61,990 nt of DNA from Akkermansia muciniphila. GTDB taxonomy: Bacteria > Verrucomicrobiota > Verrucomicrobiia > Verrucomicrobiales > Akkermansiaceae. The notes under the pieces are model-generated. The model was not told where the DNA came from, made no database searches, and saw only the letters and a list, made by a program, of their open reading frames with translations. This document shows, in pieces, positions 49,313 through 57,545 of the stretch (its first letter is position 1; each line of letters starts with the position of its first letter). Where the stretch lies: contig CAMAYN010000001.1 of assembly GCA_945862285.1 (NCBI GenBank), positions 1 to 61,990 on the forward strand. The letters are read 5' to 3'. A program made the translations under genes and the position numbers.

Positions 49313-51784
49313 TTAGAAGCCAATCGCGTCAGTGACTCGAAATTCTCTTATAGCAACGGGTTTTTTCGTTTTTTCGTCAAATTCTACTGTCATCCAGCGT
49401 TGTTCATTTTTCGCTACGATTAAGACACGACCATACGCAAGATGCTCCGCTAGCACCTTAGGAGCTTCTTTACTTGTCTCGAAACGCTCCTTCGGATCGG
49501 CAAGGAGAGCCCCAAGCTCTGTTTTCCTACCTTCAATGCCAATTACAAAGTCAGGGTAAAAACCACGTCCATTGTCCATGAGAACATTCACCGACCACGG
49601 CTTATCAGGCTCGTTACGGTGCCACCACTTCACTATGTTGTTAGGCTCACGGTCTAAAATCTCAGCAAACTCACGTTCCCAGCCATTCATTTGCGCGGGA
49701 ATGACTCCATAGATGTTACGTGGCGATTGCGTAAGATAGCCACACGCCGTAATTTCCGCTGGTAATTCCGCCGCTTCGATGATTTCGGCAGATGCTGCCA
49801 AGGCTTTCTTTTGCGCATCCCACAGCAGTTCCGCTCTCGTTGCCAGAATAACGTTGAGAAAGTGGGCAACTTTTTCGTCATCATCCGCCTCTGCCATGGC
49901 CTCTTCTCTCATCACCATTTTCATTTTTTTAAGTAAGGCTCGTCGCAGTTCTCGCGGATCGAATACCTTATTTTTGCACAGAGCTTTGTGCGCAGACTGA
50001 GCCGCCTGCGTAGGGGAAAGCTCCGCTGCAAAATTGAATTCTTGTTGAATATTTTGAGTAAAAACATCCAAGGTGCGCTTTTCCACAGGGATGCGATTTT
50101 TCATCACATCAAAAAGTTCACGGGCAGACACAGCGAAACGATTCGCACAATCCTCTTCTGTCACATCGTTCTGCGGGGAAACAACTTGCGTCTTAAACTT
50201 CTGTGGCATGCCCGCACGGAGCGTGTATCGCTGCACATCCGCAGAGCCCGCTACCTGCTTTGGTGCTGCATCAGGTGAATCCCCCGTACCTTCAGCGCCG
50301 CCGATCCCGAAAAACTTGCCGAAATCCAGTGCCGAAGGAGGGGTAAATTCAGCAGACTCTACTGCATTATCCTCATCTTCCTCAGTGTAACCTTGCCCTC
50401 CTCCTGTTTCTTGTGTTTCAAGGCCAAAAAATTCGATCTGCCCTATTTTGTCAACTCGACTCACACCTGTCACATTCTCGCCGAAGCGCACGGCAATCGT
50501 CGCCGTGCTAGCACGAGCATAAGCTGTTTTAATGGCATTGATTTTTTGCCCTGCGATGTCTAAGCCTGCTTGCGTCTCGGGAGCGGCGAGAAATACCAAG
50601 CCATGCGTCAATTCTAGCGGTAATTTTTGCGCCTGTGCTTTTGCTTGGAGCAGCCGATGCACCCGTAGAATCCGCCCGACGAGTTGCACGCCAAAGTCCG
50701 CATCGCGGCTCGCGCGCATGGACACTAACGTAAAAGCACGAGGGGCATCAAAGCCTAATGCCACAGCCATTTTAAAAATCAGCACCTCGCGGCGTGGTTC
50801 ATTTGCGAGTGCCAGAAGGCCGCTATCGGGTTCTTCTGCGGTGTGGATGGCGATTTGTTCATCAGTAAACCCCATGCGCAGAAGGCGTGACTTTAAACGC
50901 TCGATGCTCCCATCCGTCGAGTCGGCCTGCACAAGCAGCAATGGCACGAGAGGGATTTTCATCTCCTCTAGCTTGCGCTTGATCATTCTGTGCGCCGCCA
51001 CGCCATCGCGCAAAGCCGTACCCACGAGGTCGGCAAGACTCCGTTTCTCTGGATCCACAAAATACGCCGCACATCTTACCCCCATCTTGATTAGGCCAGA
51101 GTCAACAGCATCTTCGCGGCTGACGCTGATCCGGTGCAGTTCTGCCACTGACAGTGCTTTTTGAAATGCCTTAATGTCTGCATCGTCAGGAGTCGCCGTG
51201 ATCAGAACTGTATATTCTGGTTGCAGGGTCTCTTTGAAAAATTTAGCGGCCAATGTGCTCTCGCCAAATCCATGGTGCGCTTCATCTACCACCACGCCGA
51301 TGCGCATCCCTTGGGCGCGTAATCGCGTAATGAGCTTATCGATCGAGGGATTCGTGTCCCCCTCTTTGCGGATGTTACGCTTGTCTTTGACTCGGGTCGC
51401 CACCGCAGCCCACGTCGTGACGAATGTATCTCCCTTGCGGCTGCCTTCTGCTGCGCGGTCGTCTGCTAGGTCACGAACTTGCAGACCATTAAACTCTTCT
51501 CTGAGAAAAGCTTCCGTTTGCTGAACGACTCCCTTAAAGGGCGCAAACCAAAACCACACGACATCTTCTTCATGGCTGAATTTTTCTAATATCGTCCCCG
51601 CCATGAGTGTCTTGCCTGACCCCGTAGGAGCCTCGATCAAGAGATATCCGTTATGATTGATCGCCCGTGTACGGCTCGCGGAATCCGTTCCCGCCGCATC
51701 CAGGAGCTGGCGTGTCGCCATAAATAATTCATAGCCACTATCCACAGCCCGCTCCTGAAATCCTTTGAGTGTTTTCTTGCTCAT
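49313..51784 (-). CDS. res: Type III restriction enzyme Res subunit (SF2 DEAH helicase plus C-terminal PD-(D/E)xK-like nuclease)
   Basis: Walker A EAPTGSGKT. DEAH box VVDEAHH. Helicase C-terminal motifs. C-terminal YPDFVIGIEGRKTELGALLADPKE nuclease-like motif. 6-nt gap after mod. Confidence 0.85.
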   Translation of the reverse strand: MSKKTLKGFQERAVDSGYELFMATRQLLDAAGTDSASRTRAINHNGYLLIEAPTGSGKTLMAGTILEKFSHEEDVVWFWFAPFKGVVQQTEAFLREEFNGLQVRDLADDRAAEGSRKGDTFVTTWAAVATRVKDKRNIRKEGDTNPSIDKLITRLRAQGMRIGVVVDEAHHGFGESTLAAKFFKETLQPEYTVLITATPDDADIKAFQKALSVAELHRISVSREDAVDSGLIKMGVRCAAYFVDPEKRSLADLVGTALRDGVAAHRMIKRKLEEMKIPLVPLLLVQADSTDGSIERLKSRLLRMGFTDEQIAIHTAEEPDSGLLALANEPRREVLIFKMAVALGFDAPRAFTLVSMRASRDADFGVQLVGRILRVHRLLQAKAQAQKLPLELTHGLVFLAAPETQAGLDIAGQKINAIKTAYARASTATIAVRFGENVTGVSRVDKIGQIEFFGLETQETGGGQGYTEEDEDNAVESAEFTPPSALDFGKFFGIGGAEGTGDSPDAAPKQVAGSADVQRYTLRAGMPQKFKTQVVSPQNDVTEEDCANRFAVSARELFDVMKNRIPVEKRTLDVFTQNIQQEFNFAAELSPTQAAQSAHKALCKNKVFDPRELRRALLKKMKMVMREEAMAEADDDEKVAHFLNVILATRAELLWDAQKKALAASAEIIEAAELPAEITACGYLTQSPRNIYGVIPAQMNGWEREFAEILDREPNNIVKWWHRNEPDKPWSVNVLMDNGRGFYPDFVIGIEGRKTELGALLADPKERFETSKEAPKVLAEHLAYGRVLIVAKNEQRWMTVEFDEKTKKPVAIREFRVTDAIGF

Positions 51785-51790
51785 AAATGT

Positions 51791-53671
51791 TTATCCTTTC
51801 ATGCCAAATCGCCGCGCTAAGCCTTCTGGTATCGCCTCATATTGCAAAAGATTCATGCGTATATGTTGCCTTAATGCTTCTGGCTGCCATGAGTAAATCA
51901 CTGCACCTGCTAGTTCATGCACTGCCGCTTTGATGGCGGGAACGATTTTCTTAGAAAAGCGTGGTATATAAAGGAGTCCAGAATCCCCATCGAGCGAGAT
52001 CTGAAAATCCCCAACCGCAAAAGGAAACAAAACTTCCCGATGAATCATTTGTAATGCTGTCCACACTTGTTCGTGCTCGATTTCTAGCAATTTTCCCGGA
52101 GAAATACGACGGCACTTGAGGTAGGCAAAGTCGCCTTCTAATGCCTCAATTTCTTTGACGCCATTCCGCGTGGGAACGCTATATCCTTCGATTAACCTGC
52201 GCACACGCTGAGCGCAAACATCACGGCAGAGATTTTTAAGAGGCTGCTCCTTCGTCGCCTCGCTGTTCGAGACTAGGATAAACCGCCTTGCTCCACCGTC
52301 CTCCAGATTTTGCTCTAACACAGCTTGCCCCGTAGTGCCTGACCCAGCAAAGAAATCAAGAATTAGATCATCATCACTCGTTGTTTGTCGGATGAAAGAC
52401 TGAATCAAGGAAAGCGGCTTAGGGTAATCAAAGTCCTTGTTACCCATGATTTCTTGAAGCAGAGAAGTCCCATCAGATGTGCCACCGACTACGGCTATAT
52501 TTAGTCCATCTGTATCGATTTCGCTGCGTTCATTCTTCTTTAACGCTGCGGGCATAAGCCATGAAGAAAAGGGCTTCTCTGATCGCTTCACTTCACTTAA
52601 ATGGCGTTTGTAGCGTGGTTTCCCATAACCAATCTTTTTACCCACCCAGAAATCCAGTTCATGCTCCCAGAATGCCCGTTCTTCTTCATTCGCCCCTAGC
52701 CTGAGATTACGCGGTGCAGTGCCCTCTTCTACGGCGGCGCGTAATTCCTCCTTGCTCTCGTATTGTATGACCTTCTCCTCCTTCGGCCACAGCACTTTTT
52801 TTTCGGCAATAATTTGCTCCATCGTCAAACTGCGCAGTTGCTGGCCAGGCTTTAGCCTAGCTTTTGAGGAAAAGCGCCAGACGTTGTCAGGATCACAGGC
52901 ATACCACGTTTCCGTAGTGGGATTGTAGATCGGGTAAAAAGTATTAGGCCGCTGCTTGTAGTTTTTATTTTGCACCAAATTATCATTATTCCAAGCCCCC
53001 CGTGGATCATCATCATCATTGGTATAAGCGTCAGTGGATTTGACTTTACCGGCGAAGGAAAAATTCGTCTTGGCGTAGCAGAGCACATGCTCATGATCTA
53101 CGCTGCGGAAGTATTCTTTGGAGTCATTTGCCCCGCTACGCGTCCGCCAAACGAAGCTACCTACACGCCTACCCGGCATGACCTTATCAAGAAGTAATTC
53201 CAGTTTTGCCCGGCTCTCATCATTGATGCAAACCAGCATCACGCCATCGTCACGCAGCAAGTCGCGGGCGATGATGAGACGTTGGTAGAGGAACTCGATC
53301 CATGTGGAAAAACGCCATGAATCATTCTCGCCCACAAAACTGTCATTGTACACGAAATCTTTCTTTCCCGTATTATAAGGCGGATCGATCAAAATGCACT
53401 TAATCCGCCCTGCGTATGCCATGCGTAGGTAACGCAGCGCATCAAAGTTATCGCCCTCGATGATGAGATTCCGCCAGCCCTCGCTAGGTGCTTGTTGTGG
53501 CTCAGAGTGCTCCGGTAGGAAATCCAGTGCCACGAAGTCTGCATTGATGGCTTTATCTCTTTCAATTTCATTGGTTTCCCAAACTAAGCCGAAGCGTGAA
53601 GCATCGCGGCTGTCACGCGTTTCTAGAAGTCGGATTAATTCATCCTTAGTGAGGTGATCATATTGCGGCAT
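51791..53671 (-). CDS. mod: Type III R-M Mod subunit (beta-class N6-adenine/N4-cytosine DNA methyltransferase)
   Basis: Catalytic LIDPPYNTGKKDFVYND lies upstream of the SAM-binding FFAGSGTTGQAV. That is the motif IV then motif I order of beta-class Type III Mod proteins. 626 aa. Confidence 0.9.
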   Translation of the reverse strand: MPQYDHLTKDELIRLLETRDSRDASRFGLVWETNEIERDKAINADFVALDFLPEHSEPQQAPSEGWRNLIIEGDNFDALRYLRMAYAGRIKCILIDPPYNTGKKDFVYNDSFVGENDSWRFSTWIEFLYQRLIIARDLLRDDGVMLVCINDESRAKLELLLDKVMPGRRVGSFVWRTRSGANDSKEYFRSVDHEHVLCYAKTNFSFAGKVKSTDAYTNDDDDPRGAWNNDNLVQNKNYKQRPNTFYPIYNPTTETWYACDPDNVWRFSSKARLKPGQQLRSLTMEQIIAEKKVLWPKEEKVIQYESKEELRAAVEEGTAPRNLRLGANEEERAFWEHELDFWVGKKIGYGKPRYKRHLSEVKRSEKPFSSWLMPAALKKNERSEIDTDGLNIAVVGGTSDGTSLLQEIMGNKDFDYPKPLSLIQSFIRQTTSDDDLILDFFAGSGTTGQAVLEQNLEDGGARRFILVSNSEATKEQPLKNLCRDVCAQRVRRLIEGYSVPTRNGVKEIEALEGDFAYLKCRRISPGKLLEIEHEQVWTALQMIHREVLFPFAVGDFQISLDGDSGLLYIPRFSKKIVPAIKAAVHELAGAVIYSWQPEALRQHIRMNLLQYEAIPEGLARRFGMKG

Positions 53672-53797
53672 GGTAGCGGAAGGAACAGGAATTTGGTAAA
53701 TCGACAGATTCTACCGCGTTTCCGCATGCATTCCTCTGCCTTGTCGTTAGCGGGAAAATGCTAGTCAGCCATCGTAATCAAGTCAATGAGTGAATAC

Positions 53798-54052
53798 GCA
53801 ACTCGGAAACTCCATCGATGAGGGTAGGGAACTCGGAAATTGAGGTTGAAGAATTCGGAAGTTGGGATTGTGCAACCCAAAAGTCGGAGTTAGGGGCCTT
53901 GAAAGTCGAGGTTGAGGAACTCGAAAGTTGGAGTTGAGGAACTCGGAAATTGGGGTTGAGGAACTCGGAAGTCGAAGTTAAGTGAACCGGAAGTCGAAGT
54001 TAAGTGAACCGGAAGCTTGGGTTAGGGAACTCCAAGGCTGAAGGTGAAGAAC
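53798..54052. repeat. Tandem array C: ~11 degenerate units of ~22 bp (GAGGAACTCGGAAGTTGRGGTT)
   Basis: Cores (CTCGG / CTCGA / CCGG variants) at 53802, 53832, 53854, 53876, 53898, 53920, 53942, 53964, 53987, 54009 and 54030. Spacing is mostly 22 nt, not a multiple of 3. The array lies in a 590-bp ORF-free gap upstream of mod. Confidence 0.9.
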
Positions 54053-54059
54053 GTGAGTA

Positions 54060-54122
54060 GCGGAGGTATCTTGCCTCCCTGCCTATTTTTTTCAGACGGC
54101 TGGGAGGCGAGGACACCTCCGC
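54060..54122. repeat. Hairpin element copy 1 (nested stems GCGGAGGT/ACCTCCGC and GCCTCCC/GGGAGGC)
   Basis: Outer stem 54060..54067 with 54115..54122. Inner stem 54073..54079 with 54102..54108. The ~42-nt core is ~83 % identical (my hand alignment) to 55003..55046, in the same orientation. Confidence 0.7.
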
Positions 54123-54264
54123 CACGGGTCAAATTCGCTTAGGAGTGTGAGGAGTGATTGAGGATACAGTATAACTTCGTTTTTACGTAGCGCATTATGC
54201 GCATATCATTTTGGCGAGAAGTTTCCTAGTAACAAGCGAGTAAAAATTTCGCATTTCGTGGACA

Positions 54265-54873
54265 TTAGATGCGCTTGTTGGCGTAGCGATTGCTAAATGC
54301 TTTTGGCGCTGCTTGATTTCTTTTCCACTCGATACCCATTTTTATCGTCGAACCCACGCGGACGCTTTTGCGTTGCCAAGAAATGGATTGACTTGGATTT
54401 CCAGATCCGTAGGCAGACACTTTCCCCGCGAGAGCATAGCCCGTTGCGAGCAGCGAGCGAGCATTCCCTACAGGGATTCCGTATTGATAAACCCAATCAC
54501 CACCACTCTTACCATCGGTTGTCGGCATGAGAGTCAGCACATCGTATGCGTAGCCATCGGTATAAACGGACATTTCCGTCGAAGTGAGAGTGACATACCC
54601 AATAATATCTTTGCCGTTATTAGGACGATTGCCCAGCAATCCTGCATTTGCACTTTGATTGGAAGATTGGTTCGCGCCAATCGTCATGGCTGACTGATTC
54701 AGCAAGCTTTGCGCTAACCCGTAATCTTTCTTGCCAGCGGCACCCAATCCAGCACCAGCCAGAAAAACACCAGCAAGGTTTTGAGAAGTCATTCCATTGC
54801 TTCCCGTTGTAGTTGGGCCGCAGCTAGATAGAAGCAATGTGATAATCAGAAGTAGTTTGATGCGATTTTTCAT
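54265..54873 (-). CDS. Lipoprotein of unknown function (202 aa)
   Basis: Internal ATG 54873 gives MKNRIKLLLIITLLLSSCG (lipobox). Gly/Asn/Ser-rich N-terminal part. No domain recognised. Confidence 0.6.
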   Translation of the reverse strand: MKNRIKLLLIITLLLSSCGPTTTGSNGMTSQNLAGVFLAGAGLGAAGKKDYGLAQSLLNQSAMTIGANQSSNQSANAGLLGNRPNNGKDIIGYVTLTSTEMSVYTDGYAYDVLTLMPTTDGKSGGDWVYQYGIPVGNARSLLATGYALAGKVSAYGSGNPSQSISWQRKSVRVGSTIKMGIEWKRNQAAPKAFSNRYANKRI

Positions 54874-55004
54874 AATGATAATGATATAGACTTGATTGTA
54901 GTTACGCTTATTACCGCGTGTCAAAAACTGAGAATTTTCGTGTCTTTTGTCAAAAGAATTTCATTTTAGCACGCGAGCTTGAGCATTTGGCAAGAGCTAC
55001 TTTC

Positions 55005-55042
55005 GCCTCCCTGTCCATTGTTTTAAGAAGACTGGGAGGCGA
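55005..55042. repeat. Hairpin element copy 2 (stem CGCCTCCC / GGGAGGCG)
   Basis: 8-bp stem 55005..55012 with 55035..55042 and a 22-nt loop. Homologous to the core of 54060..54122. No flanking U-tract on either strand, so it is not a canonical terminator. Confidence 0.7.
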
Positions 55043-55054
55043 GGATCAAATTCA

Positions 55055-55498
55055 TCAAGGTATGGGCGGCGTTACGGGATCGGCGGTTTTGCGGGTAAAG
55101 CGTTTGCCCAGTTCACCCATAAGTCCATCCAGTCCGCCTGTGTCGCCAAAGCGTTTCGCTGCTGCGTAATGGACTAGCGCGGCGACGTAGAGATCACTGC
55201 CGATGAGTAGCAGGGTATCGTCCAAAAGTTCTTGCAGTTTGGAGGTCTTTTGCAGCATGGGAAGCAGAGCATCATACAGGGCGAGGTCGCTCTTGAATTC
55301 GGCGGCATCAAAGGCTCCGGGCAGATAGTCAGAGCCATCTTGCGCCATCTCTACGGATTTGCGGACAAAGGCGACTGATTTATCCCCCATCTTCGGCAAC
55401 TCCTGCCGCTCTTCCGGCGTAAGATCTACTAAAAATGGTAGCTTGGTGGTGATAGTATTAAGGGCATCAAGCACGGCCTGGCGGTCGGCTTCCGACAA
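55055..55498 (-). CDS. Unknown protein (family A paralogue), possibly N-terminally disrupted
   Basis: Track ORF starts at a TTG (55498). LPFLVDLTPEERQELPKMGDKSVAFVRKSVEMAQ and GGLDGLMGELGKRF match 46954..47427. In-frame homology continues 6 codons upstream (NRITAT) to an ATG-TAA pair at 55522..55517. Confidence 0.55.
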   Translation of the reverse strand: MSEADRQAVLDALNTITTKLPFLVDLTPEERQELPKMGDKSVAFVRKSVEMAQDGSDYLPGAFDAAEFKSDLALYDALLPMLQKTSKLQELLDDTLLLIGSDLYVAALVHYAAAKRFGDTGGLDGLMGELGKRFTRKTADPVTPPIP

Positions 55499-55635
55499 TG
55501 TAGCTGTAATACGATTTTACATGGCGCTTAAGAACTAGCAGAAATTCTGTGCCATGTCAGCAGCCTAGTTCAGATTTTTTTACCGCGCCGCATTTAATTC
55601 CTAGCGACGGCGAGGCAAATGGTGAAATCGGAGGG

Positions 55636-55707
55636 GCGAATGGTGAGATCACCAGTGCAAAAGAAGTTTTTTCTACGATCTTGCAACATTTTCGAAATCA
55701 GAGCTAA
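55636..55707 (+). pseudogene. Orphan 3-prime fragment of an AlkP-family gene (paralogous to the end of 47814..49175)
   Basis: 55636..55707 translates ANGEITSAKEVFSTILQHFRNQS-stop, against ADHEIGSAKEVFSAMLQHFRNG-stop at 49107..49175. My hand alignment gives about 51/63 nt identical. Similarity continues ~25 nt past both stops (ATATCGAAAAAATTACCGT vs TTATCGAAATTTTACGTT). No upstream part of the gene is present. Confidence 0.7.
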
Positions 55708-55779
55708 GATTTATCGAAATTTTACGTTAAGGTTCACCAACTTTATGAAAAGCAGTAATAGCAATCGACTAGAAATGGC

Positions 55780-56388
55780 ATGAGTTCTTCCGATAGTATC
55801 GCCTCGTCTCTTAACGAAGTTTTCGCCATGGCCGATAGCGTGCCAGAAAATGAAGTATTGCTATGTCTTGGAGGTATTGATGCGCAGTGCATGGCGCGGG
55901 TGGCGGCGGGTGATCATCGTGCGTTTGAGGAAATCGTGATACGCCATCAAAAAATGTTACTGAACTTTTTTGCCCGCATGGGCGCTCAATCAGAATGTGA
56001 GGATCTTGTGCAAAATACTTTCATTCAGTTGTATCAATACCGTGACCGCTACCAAGCTACAGCGAAGTTCACCACTTTTCTTCATGTTTTGGCGTATCGT
56101 GTGTGGGCAGATCTTGGTCGCAAAAAGATGCGGCGCGAGAAGTTGGCAGTCTTCCTGCGGGTGGCGGCGGAGACGACAGAAACCGCGAGCGAGGAACCAG
56201 AATCCGGCATGGATGTGCAAGCCGCACTGGACAAGCTTTCCCCAAAGCTCCGTGAAGTGGTGGTGCTGCATTTTTACCAAGGTTTACCCTATCAGGAAAT
56301 CGCCGATGTTTTAAAAATCCCACTCGGTACCGTGAAATCCCGTCTCAATCTCGCTATCAACGCCCTACGTGAAATCTTCCATGAATAA
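55780..56388 (+). CDS. ECF-type RNA polymerase sigma-70 family factor
   Basis: Region 2 (EDLVQNTFIQLYQYRDRY) and region 4 HTH (LPYQEIADVLKIPLGTVKSRLNLA). 202 aa. Confidence 0.9.
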   Translation: MSSSDSIASSLNEVFAMADSVPENEVLLCLGGIDAQCMARVAAGDHRAFEEIVIRHQKMLLNFFARMGAQSECEDLVQNTFIQLYQYRDRYQATAKFTTFLHVLAYRVWADLGRKKMRREKLAVFLRVAAETTETASEEPESGMDVQAALDKLSPKLREVVVLHFYQGLPYQEIADVLKIPLGTVKSRLNLAINALREIFHE

Positions 56389-57442
56389 ACAATTTTCCCA
56401 CGACTCGAAGCTGTTGGACGAGCCATCGGCGCAAGATTTGCTTTGGCTGAAAGATCGACTGGCTCATGTCCCCGAAGTGACACCGAGTGCCGATCTTACG
56501 CAACGTGTGATGTCCGCCGTGCGCCATGAACAGGTGCGTGAGGTGCGCTACCGATGGTTCCAAGGTGCGGCTGCGGCGATGTTGCTGATCGGGGTTTCCG
56601 TATGGGGTATTTCTTCGATGATTCCGCGTCCGGGGTCAGCCATTGCCACGCAAGCCACAACGCTGCCAGAGCAAATGACAGATAGCGGTGTGCAGGATGC
56701 GTTGGAATGGTTTTGCCGCAATCAAGAACAGGATGGCTCATGGAGTCCGGCGCGATGGGGGGGAGATCCGCGGTTTGAAGTGGCGTTGACGGCACTGCCT
56801 TTGTTGGCACTTCGCTCTGCCGAGGGCGAGAAAACACCACGCCAGCAAGAAGTAGCGGATAACGCCAAAGCGTATTTGTTGAGTCATTGTGATGAAAATG
56901 GTCGCATCGGTCCCGCCTTTCACGGTTCTTCTTATACCCAAGGCATTGCTACCTTGGCACTGTTATTTTGCTATCAACAGCAACCGGATGAGGAGCTGAA
57001 ACGAGTCTTACAACTGGCCTTAGAGGTAATCGTTTGCCAACAGCAACCTTATGGCTCGTGGACTATGGCGGATGCCGCGCAGCCGAATGTCATCGCCACT
57101 CTTTGGCAAAGGGAGGCGATCAAAGTCGCATCCGATTTAGGGCTGGGCGATGTGTTGCCGCACATTGACCAGAGTGCGAAATGGTTGAATGCTACTTCCG
57201 TACCCGATGCCTTCAAGGTAACGCAACAAACAGATTTTTTTAGGATCTATCTCGCCTCGACGCAACTTCGCGAAAGTGGCGAAGCGGCAGCGCTTGAGCA
57301 ACTGATTTCGATCAGAAAAACCTTGCTCGCAAAGCAAATCCACCAGGGGGAAGATTCTGGTAGTTGGTCGCCCGATGATCGATGGTCTTCCGTGGGTGGC
57401 AGGCTCTACAGTACGGCGATGGCATCGTTAGCATTACGGTGA
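56381..57442 (+). CDS. Putative anti-sigma factor: single-pass membrane protein with a periplasmic prenyltransferase/squalene-oxidase-repeat (alpha/alpha toroid-like) domain
   Basis: ATG 56381 overlaps the sigma stop (ATGAATAA). TM segment AAAAMLLIGVSVWGI. Repeated QxxDGSW-type motifs (QEQDGSWSP, QQQPYGSWT, GEDSGSWSP). The anti-sigma role is inferred from position only. Confidence 0.6.
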   Translation: MNKQFSHDSKLLDEPSAQDLLWLKDRLAHVPEVTPSADLTQRVMSAVRHEQVREVRYRWFQGAAAAMLLIGVSVWGISSMIPRPGSAIATQATTLPEQMTDSGVQDALEWFCRNQEQDGSWSPARWGGDPRFEVALTALPLLALRSAEGEKTPRQQEVADNAKAYLLSHCDENGRIGPAFHGSSYTQGIATLALLFCYQQQPDEELKRVLQLALEVIVCQQQPYGSWTMADAAQPNVIATLWQREAIKVASDLGLGDVLPHIDQSAKWLNATSVPDAFKVTQQTDFFRIYLASTQLRESGEAAALEQLISIRKTLLAKQIHQGEDSGSWSPDDRWSSVGGRLYSTAMASLALR

Positions 57443-57545
57443 AAATTTTTATTTTTCCACTGAACCAGATCGCCACTAACGACGATTGATTGTTTGATCG
57501 GACGAAATCGACTCCGGTTTTTCACATCACATTTCAAAATCGATT

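Noticed and set aside
47814-53671. BREX- or PglZ-like reading of alkaline phosphatase plus methyltransferase plus helicase
   Set aside because: The phosphatase has the nucleotide-pyrophosphatase-type nucleophile motif and is convergent with res. The methyltransferase is a 626-aa beta-class Type III Mod, not a PglX-size enzyme. No brxA/B/C/L-like genes are present. The repeat at 49107/55636 suggests the AlkP gene is the insertion target rather than cargo.
54060-55042. Integron attC sites or MITE ends flanking the lipoprotein gene
   Set aside because: I see no integron integrase and no GTTRRRY / RYYYAAC core sites. The copies are direct rather than inverted, and there is no target-site duplication.
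57443-57545. Cobalamin or other riboswitch upstream of the TonB-dependent receptor
   Set aside because: The 103-nt leader is AT-rich. It has no B12-box-like element and no extended pairing.
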